Origin: Lama guanicoe
Taxonomy: Eukaryota
Direction of reading: 5' to 3'
Assembly (NCBI GenBank): GCA_013239625.1
Contig: MU053881.1
Coordinates: 11,522,873 to 11,586,872, forward strand
Length of the DNA: 64,000 nucleotides
Below are positions 54,546-64,000 of this stretch, in pieces. Position numbers and translations under genes: made by a program. The stretch's first letter is position 1. The number at the start of each line of letters is the position of its first letter. Under the pieces are notes generated by a model. That model was given only the letters and a program-made list of their open reading frames with translations, did no database searches and had not been told where the DNA came from.

Positions 54546-56689
54546 ATTATAACTATTGCTGCTTTGCAATAACTAATTGCAAATAAAGATGAGTGAAAAT
54601 CTGGAACTTGCACTCTTGCAAAACAGACTGTAATACGTATTTTTAAATTTCCATGTCCAAGGAAAAATGCTACAACTGAAAAGAAAGTATCTTAAATATA
54701 TAAGGAAATACTATCTAGGCATTAGGTTTTTTTCTCCCTCTTTAATACTTGAAGTAACATTGGAAAATTACTGTGTCCTTTTGCATCTACTTGCCCTGGA
54801 GCTGCACTATGTCATTTCTCTTATTGTGCAGTGGAGTTGGCATGAACCACAGGCTTCTACTATTACAATGATCTTCAAGTGGGACTGAAGAATTAAAAAT
54901 TTAATGAATATCAGTTTAAAAGGTTAATGAGATGCTGCTTTGATGATAGTGGGTTGTTTCAGTGGGTTGTTCCTTGAATCACCAAGATTACAGCATTTTA
55001 TTTATATTACATTATTTGGATTGGTACTATCCAACTCATTGGATGACTGCCAACTATCCATTTCATTTTCTGCTGTGTAGGCCTGACCCTCTTCCAACTT
55101 AATTCTCAAAACTGGGATTTCTTTCCATTTTATGATTTTTTTTCCTTCTATCCTTTTAATAAAAGGAGAAAAGCATGTAATTGCCAAAATGTGTAATTGT
55201 CAATGTATATGTTTTTAATTATCTGAAGGTCAAACACATGCCTGAATTTTCTGTAGGGCAAGTAATTTTTTTCACTTGGTCATTAATTCCACCTCTCAGC
55301 TCGTTATTTGCTTCAACTCTGACTTCACCCATTTGGAAATTTTCTTTTTCACCTCACAGAAAATTGCTTATTGGTCTCATAATTCAGATGATTTCAAACA
55401 CTAAGCTTCTTTTTAATATTCATTATATATATATATAAAATGAATATTAAAATATTATATATATATATATCTCCCAACTTTTGCTTCTAAAATGTTGCAT
55501 TATTCAATGAAAATGTTCTTTAGAAATAATTTCTAGAATAAGGCTGAAGCCATAGCTCATGTGTTAGAGTCTATGTTCATGTTTATATTTAGCGCAGGAG
55601 AGCCACAGGGCTTTAAGTCACTGCTATAGTTGGTCATCAAAGATACACATGAACACTGCCTTGCTCTGCCCTGCTCTGTCTTTACCTTGCAGAAGAGGCT
55701 ATTGTCAAGCCCTGGGAGAAAGGTGGGAGATTTCTGTTCTTTGTTGTAGTGTCTGTAGTTTGTGCTTACAGAGATACAATCTAAAACAATTCAAAACTTA
55801 GGGCTTTGAACAGTGTGTCCTCTCTCCCCACCCTAAACCTTGCCTATTCCTTTAAACTACTCTGATCTACTATGATTGACTACAGTATGCTCTGAAAGAG
55901 CAGTTGTGTTCCATCACTACTCCTCCAGGAATTTACAGCGAAAACTCATTCCTCACAATTATTGTGTAACTCACATAAATTTATTATTCAGCAAAACAAA
56001 GCACACTCATACTTCTCAGCTGACCCGCATTACCACATTATGTGGGGGCATCCCTCATTTAGGAAGCCATCTAACTCCTTCCCTTACCTAAGCTGCCATC
56101 TGGTCAGTTGATGGAGAAAGTTCTTTTTATATGAAATCCAACTGACGCATAACAGAAGCCAGTTGTTGTACATGACTTCAATTAAAATTAAAATGAGATA
56201 TCACTCAGAAATAAGAGATTTTAAAAACTGCTCTAGCTCCCATAAGATGGTGAAACAGTGAAAGGCAAAATCTCAGTTGTAGGGAGTATTTAGATTGTCC
56301 CCATATGCATAACCAGAATATAGTAAAATAGAAGGGTGAGCTTGGCTTTTGTTAACTTAACTGTTACCATTTTCCTGTGAGAATTCAAGATCATGTGTCA
56401 CTTTGAAGAGTGAAGGAAATTAAGTTATGTTAACACAACCCAATATCATGTAACTACCTACACAGGAGCCAATGCCAGACCCTACCGCAGAGGCTTCGTC
56501 ACTAAGCATAACAACAGCACAGTAAATTTTGGTTACATGAATAAAAGAATCAAAAGAACATGGCAATATTTTTCAAAATAAAAGACTACATATGCTTTTT
56601 TGAGACTACACTTAACATTTTGTGAATAATGTGTGTTTGATAAAAATCTTATTTTTAGATACTTGTGCCTTACAGACTAGGGAAAAAAA

Positions 56690-56922
56690 CCATGGTGCCC
56701 TGGTAGGAAAGCACTACTACATACTACTTAGTTCATCGGCTCTGAAATTCAGCAGAACCGAGTGTAATAATTATTACCTATTAGCTGTTAACTTCAATTT
56801 CTCTAAGTCTGTTTCTTCATCTATATTATGGACACAGTATCTATTGGGTAAATTTTCAGATAAAGTATATAAGTTAAAATGTATATATAAAGCTACTTAG
56901 TTCATTACCCGGCACATAGTCA
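56690..56922 (+). mobile_element. MIR SINE
   Basis: tttctctaagtctgtttcttcatctata...tatataaagctacttag...cccggcacatagt. Confidence 0.65.
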
Positions 56923-59900
56923 AGATAGGAGGGTGCTTTTAAGCTGAAAAACCCACTCACAAAACATGTGCTTATTGTTAAATAAAAGCTTTTGATGAGA
57001 GATCAGGGTAGGTGGGGACTTGAAGTTAAAGCCAGAAAAAAAAAAGGTTTATTCCTCCTAAAACCTTTAGCAACTGTAGCAACCGATACATAATGGAAAT
57101 AATCTCATATTCTAAGTGGTATATGCCATTTTCTTCTGAAATATGTTTATAGTGATCAATTTTTCCTTTATTATTAAAGTCTCAATGATTATTTGAAGTG
57201 GCAGATTCCGGTATGTGAACACGGTGAAATAAATGTTTATATGCCTCTCTAAGCATGAAGGTAAATGGGTTGTTTTTGTGAAAGAATTAGGTGTGATTAT
57301 TTTACTTAGGAATGTATTAGCATACCTTCCATAGTATATATGATATCTATGCCCTCAAGTTTTTCCCCAAAAACCTGTAATTCTATCATTGGGCATTTTG
57401 TTTTCTTTCTTTTAAATCAACTTCATATACTTTCAGCGCATTTTCTTTCCTGGCATTTACTCTACTTGCATTCAAATATTTTAGGCTCATCTCATGAATT
57501 CACTCTGAAATATTCTCTTAAAAGCATTGGTTAAAGTGTCTACTCTTGACTTTTCCATTTGATTAATAGAAAATAATCATCCTCTCACTCTCCCTCGTGT
57601 GGTTTGGTTAATTAACTAATATAGGCAGCACAAATAATTTCTACAGTAGTGTACTTATTGTTTTAAGAATTATGTGAAAATTAGTCTCTTACTACATGAT
57701 TAGATTTTCAGATCTGGTAATGAACAAAAATAGTCTTTCTGTGCCATCTTTTAATGTGTTTTTAATCACCAGCTAAATAACAAAGAATTGTCTTTTAAAA
57801 TAATTAAGACTACATATCGAGTCTCCATAGGATGTCAACAATAAAGGGGTTAATGAAGCATCCAATCATCATGGAAACAATCAAAAAATGTCTTGCTTTA
57901 AACAACCCAAAGCAATTTCTGCAATCTAAATGCATCTGTGCTGGAATAATTTCCATAGCATCAGAACATTTTTCATCCTGCAGAGATTACAAGACGAAAA
58001 AGAGGAACGCTTACAAATGATGGCAACCTCCTACCTAAGTGGAGCCAAATATTTAAATGAAAAATCTGTCAAAAAAGCCAAGCTATTACAGTTTCACAAA
58101 CCAAGCTAAACATCATGGCATGACCTCAGTCGTGGCACCATTTAGAACTATGAAAGAATATTACAATGAGAGATTTCCATTTATACATTGTACATAGCTT
58201 CTCAGCATATTAATAAAACCTCTGCTATGTGTTAAAGCAACAGATGCTCTTTCCCCTCCACATTTTATAATCCAAGATCAATTCAAGGCTCAAATCAAAT
58301 ACCAACTCATTGCATTTTTGTGACATCTCACTCATAGAAATGACTGAAAATAATGTATACCCTAAATCAAATGAAATGAATGCGTATTTAAATGGCCTGA
58401 AGATACAAATGGCAAGAATAAAAATCATGATACTACCTAGACTTTTCTGTGGATTTACTTTAACTACTCAATATGTTCCATTCATCTACAAATTGTAGTA
58501 CAAAAGTACAGTACTTGGAAGCTGAGCTCAAGTACTTACTAGCTTACTACTGAGCATATTGTTTAACCAACTGTCAATAGGAACTAGGCCCAGAAAGATC
58601 AAGAATTAAATAAACCTGCTTGCTTTTATATCCCTAATTTATTTACTAGCAAATTATATTAGTGGAATAGTGCTCAATGTGCATTTGCTAAATTAATGAA
58701 TATATAGAGTTTCTCTAATCTTAGTTTTCTTCAGTTCTGTTAAGTGGGAGCAATAATGCATATGCTGCTGTATGAATTAATGGAAGTGTACATCTTGCAA
58801 ATAAAAATAATATAGACACATAATAGATGCTCATTACATGGTAACTATTTTTGTTCACTAAAAAAAGGCTTACAAAAATACATTAAGCGGTTTCTTAAGA
58901 AAAGAGGACTTGTTTTGGACCATGAAATAGTATACTGCCATAAATGTTATCTTGAAGTATAAATTTACATGTGTGTATTGACCACCATTTAGATGAAGAA
59001 ATAAGGAAAAACAGCAATCTAAATATAGACTTTTTTTTGCTTTTTTGTTTATATATATTAGAGACACTTTAGATTCTTTATTTAATAATTACTAAAAAGG
59101 TTTTTTATGCTCTCCATGATATAGACAACATACTTTATCTCTGGTCTCATTTATTTTCTTGCTATTTGCATGAGGGTTGGTATAATTTCTGCTTATTATC
59201 AGGAGAGAACTAGAGAACAATTAAACATGGAGATTGAGGCTGTGTCTATTTAATGTGACTATAATCAACATGGGAAACCAATTCACAGACCCAACTGATT
59301 GTTTTTCCCTTATAAGTGAGTTGTTTTGGCCGAGTTTACTGTATAAATGTTCTACTTCATAGACCTGGTGCCAGTCAGCTTGCATTTATACTGAGAACAG
59401 AATCCAGATTTCTCACAAAGACCGTTTCCATAGAGCCAAGAATGAAATGAAGAGGGGCTGTTTCCTTGTAAACAGTTAGAGAAAGAGAGTAATTGTCACA
59501 AAATTATTGTTAACGACGTAGGAAATGAGCAGCATACACAGCTTAGACACAAGACTTCATTTTGAAATTAGTCCAAATCACATACTTTCTACCTGATACC
59601 ATTCTTAAGCTTTGAAAATGCTCAGAACTCATGGGGATCATTGGCATTTTGTAGAATGTACCAAACCGATTCACTTTAAAGAAGCAATGAAAACTGAGAA
59701 ATTATTACATGAATGTACTCTTGCCACAAACCCACAACAAAACAACTGAGCTCAGATTTGCATTTGGGGGAATATATTTTACATTCTTAGCTTTTAGATG
59801 AATATTTTCCCACATTTTAATGTTTCTGAAAACAATACATGTATTACTAAGGCATCACTTATCACCCCTCAAATCAGTTACCAGTTAAACAATACCACAA

Positions 59901-61289
59901 AATAGAAGAAATAAGGTATATTGTGATTTTACAGATTTGAATTACATACTGGATATCAAATTTGTAACAAATGTAATATATATTATAACATGGGTATGTT
60001 ATATATTACATCAATGTAGATGATAATATATGATATAAGCATATCTTATATTTGCCTATATGTAGAATATAAGAATATACATTAAGATACAAAGTGTATA
60101 TACTGTGTAATTTGTAAGTTGGGTGAGAAATTGTTCAGTAATATTGAAGATCTAGATAATATGATACTTTGATATCATGATACTTTGATTAAAAAAACAG
60201 TTGACAATCACCTCTAGGGGTTGGATTTTCTATTACTATTCACATTCATAATCTCAGAGTTGGGATTCAACATGTTCACAGCAGTAAATTCTCATCAGCA
60301 ATGTCTGAAAGTTTAATTATTTAACTTTCATGTCATTCTTGTTATATACTTTAATAGATGAATTATAATTTTATTAAATTATTTTTAATTCTCAGTATAA
60401 ATATAAAATGAAATTATTAATAATAAAATAAGTTATGAAATAAAAGCTTAAAACAAGCTTCAGTGATTCACATTTCACAAGGCTTAAGAAGAATTAAGGT
60501 AATTGTTATGAATAGAATTTAGGATTAAATTATTACTTCTTTATACTCAATTATCTTCATTTAAACCACTCTTCTCACTTCCTAGTACATTTTGAAAACT
60601 ACATTGCATTATATTTTCATATTTCCAACACATTTAGACATATCTGATCTCTTTTAGTCTTTTCAGGGCTTATACTTTAGTTAAACCAACACAAAAATAA
60701 TTCAATTGATATATCAGTATTTTGCTAAGTTATAAGGTCTGAAGATAATTCACTGCATAGTTAGCTGGAAGTGTTAAATGTTAACTGACATGATGCTATA
60801 AGCATTTCATCAAAATCTTCTTTAATAATTTCATTTTTAATGAGTTACTGAAGAATCACAAATGATTATGTTGACAGGCTTTAATCAGTAATTAGGACAT
60901 ATTTAAGACTTAATGGTGGATATTATATTGAGTTGGGAATATGCTGTGATTGTCAGAGATTTTTTAACATGCCATTTAATAAAATCTATCAGTTGTGCAT
61001 GTTCTATAATATGTGTGTGTATGTATGTGTGTATATATTTCTGATTCACAAATAATAAAAAGCTTTAAAAGAGAAATACTTTGTTTCCATTAAACAGTAC
61101 ACAAATAGAAAGTAAATAATTATGTAGTTTTTAAGTATTGGAATCATTGTTTTATAATACCCATATTAAAATCTTTATAAAACAAGTGTACACCCTCCAC
61201 TCCAAGATTCAATAACGAAAATTTTGAATTATTGACTAGATCGTTGCAAACTGGAACATATCTTACAGTATGAAGAAGGAAAGTATCAC

Positions 61290-61435
61290 TGGGGAAATTT
61301 TGTACAGCTTATCTACCTTTCAGTTTCCTCATCTGTAAAATAATGATAATAATAGAATCGAACTTATAGTACTGTTCTGAAAACTGTACGTTAGAAAAGT
61401 GCTGGGCGCTTTGTAAATGCCAGCCGTTGTCATTA
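61290..61435 (+). mobile_element. MIR SINE
   Basis: tcagtttcctcatctgtaaaataatgataataatag MIR core. Confidence 0.75.
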
Positions 61436-61674
61436 TTTTGATAATCTATCCATCACAGCTAAATTCTAACACTCCTATTACTAACATTACTTATCTTTGC
61501 TTGATGATGATGGTGATGATGAGCCGATATAGGATATTTCAGTATTTTGGTTTGTTATGATGAGAATCAATAGATAAAACTTTCTTCGAATTTAACATTC
61601 TGTTATATAAATACTAATTGGCCGATTTAAATTTCATTGACATTTCTATTTTTTCTGTTCATTATCTGGTTGCC

Positions 61675-61676
<2 letters not shown>

Positions 61677-61714
<38 letters not shown>
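61677..61714. repeat. (AC)19 microsatellite
   Basis: Directly visible. Confidence 0.95.
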
Positions 61715-61716
<2 letters not shown>

Positions 61717-63549
61717 CCAAAAGACAAATAGCGAAAAGGACCAAAGATCCTGAGAAGACCTATATCCTGAGATAAATAGATAATCAAGAGTTATTTCTAC
61801 TTCTTTAGAATATTTTCTACTACAGTATCTGAATGTAAGTTCAGAAACCACTGTGCTCATCACTCTTTTCAAATACCTGTTGATTTTGGTTCTTGACTTT
61901 AACATTTTCCATTACTTAAAGAGTTTTATATCTGACAAGACTAAAATTTGACATGTTAGCATTAGAGCATAACTTAGAAATCATCTTTCATATTTTTTAA
62001 GTAATTATTTATTTGAACACAATAATAAAGTAATTGAGGAACAGCCATATAAAAACCCTTGCTCTTGAGAGAAAGCAAATAAAGGCTGGACAAAACCAGT
62101 CACCATATTTTCTAATTATCTAACAGTGGTCCACTGCTTATTATAATACGGCTCATGAGTATTCAAGAGACTTCAAAATGTGGAGCCAAAAGCATGTGTT
62201 ATAGAATGGTCCTTTCATGCCTTTGATGTACAAAGCAAATCAGCCTGAAATCATCAGAGAATTGCCATGACAGGGGTTGGACAAATCTCAGTATGATCAA
62301 AGCATTCCAAGTCAACGACATTTGAAAGGAAATTAAAGCTTTCTCCACTGAGATTTAGCCATCTTCTAAACAGAATAAATGCAAGAACGCGAAGATGGAT
62401 GGATATGTTAAGTACAGCTAGCATTCCTCCAAACCATCACAATGGTGCTTCATTTATTAAAACACCGTGCACCATGTCTATTTGCATATTATTAAACTGT
62501 GGAAAAACTTACATTGCTATTTTTCAGTCTTCATAATATAGTCCACAATGAGAAGTGACCCACTGAAAATGCTATTTCATTTGTTTGTCATATTCCAGAT
62601 AAGGGATTATTATGCAATTTTAAGGACAGTTATTGAGAATTGATCTTTTCTTTTTACTGATGCAAAAAGTCTGATAGCCAACTAATGTAAGTCTCTAATA
62701 AGAACAGCTATAATGAAATTTAATACCTTAACATGTTTGAATGATTCATATGACAGTTATTACTTATCTGGGAGGATAACCAAAGTGTTAAAATACATCA
62801 TTAGCCTTGACATGATCAAAGGTTAAAAGAACAGATTGTAAATTCAAAGCTTGCATTTGCTTTGCAAAGCACAACTTTAAGTACTGTATTCTCTGATATT
62901 CTGAAACATCATTCACTGAGAAAAACTAAACATTGAAATAGTCTTAGCATAGAACCATAGTGATTGTTCTAGAAGTGTTAAATGATACAAGGAGTATTAA
63001 ATAAAATGGTTCTGAGAACTATTTGATTTTACATATTCAGGAATTATTATGTAATGTAATAAGCTTGCTCTGATTTAGTTTTGCAGATGGTCATTCACTG
63101 AATGAAGTAGATTTTATATAAAGCACATATAGGAGAAAATGGTTTTGACATATTTAAGTAGTTCTGTGCCTCTTAGAGTACAGTTAAACAGTCACATGCA
63201 TTTATACTGTTAAATGTATTGTTCATGATTCACTAAGAAAAACATTATGGGCATTCTAAAATGAACAACGCACAGTCCACACCTCAAGGAGATTGTATTA
63301 GGTTGGGAAAATGGGCATATAATCAGAGTCCCATAGTATGACATAGCAGAAGGCCCTACAGAATTATTCGGCATGGTATATTCTTATTTAGAAGTGTGAG
63401 GCATAACAGGAGAAAAATAGTGATCAGTACCAAAAATACGTGAGGTCTCCCCATGCGTCAGCTACTTTTATTATAAAACATCACGACAGTTAAAAACACA
63501 TGCACACCACACACAAATGGTGATGAAGCATGGTAAAAGCTTTGCAGAT

Positions 63550-63775
63550 CACAGTATGGTTTATAGAAGGTAGGATGACATTATTGTTAATGTCCCAAAA
63601 TTCAAAAGTCTGCTTTCTTGATTTAAATCTCGTCTTTGCCACTTACTGTGGAAACTCGGAAAATAAAGACAACAATCCTCAACTTATGAAGCTGTTGTGA
63701 GGCCCTCATGAGATGATGTATACAGAACCTGATAAACATTGTCTCCAATGAACATTTGCCATTAATGTTAATATT
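63550..63775 (+). mobile_element. MIR SINE (internally deleted)
   Basis: acagtatggtttatag...tttaaatctcgtctttgccacttactgtg...gttgtgagg...tgagatgatgtat...ctccaatgaacatttg. Confidence 0.65.
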
Positions 63776-64000
63776 GTTATTATTGCTACTATTCTATTTT
63801 CAGGTCAATAAATTTTATTGTTATGTTTCCTCACTAATTTTAGATTTGGACATTGATATGCAATATTTTCTAAAGAAGTATTAGCCTGTTATATCTAATG
63901 GGTCAAGCAAAGTGACAATGGAGCATGAGCTGGAGACCAGATCTCTAGACAGAAACCCCTTACTCTAAGGTTGAACGCCCTCATGAGTAAAGCAGAGAGA

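Noticed and set aside
1..64000. The many short ORFs in the six-frame track as genes
   Set aside because: Almost all are 60-150 aa, many with non-ATG starts and AT-biased composition; the only recognisable peptides are L1 remnants. No consistent exon chain was found.

Overview
AT-rich, CpG-depleted mammalian non-coding DNA (large intron or gene desert). Three tRNA-Ala-derived SINEs of the Vic-1 type and cetartiodactyl-style L1 3' ends suggest a camelid (inference). I find no supportable protein-coding exon, RNA gene or CpG-island promoter. The recognisable content is decayed transposable elements: L1 fragments (including an ORF1-less 5'UTR-ORF2 copy and two ORF1-plus-3'UTR copies), L2, MIR, MER5A-type hAT and MER8/Tigger-type MITEs, and two probable solo LTRs. 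ORF-track entries are L1 remnants or chance ORFs. I see no evidence of a new multi-gene biological system. The most unusual observations are small-scale: a complex palindrome/tandem/direct-repeat scar at 24.4-24.6 kb, several AT-rich palindromes, atypical L1 architectures, a (GAA)19 tract, and CpG-retaining ACGT motif clusters at 10.6-12.5 kb. Repeat family names come from recalled consensus sequences and need Dfam/RepeatMasker confirmation.
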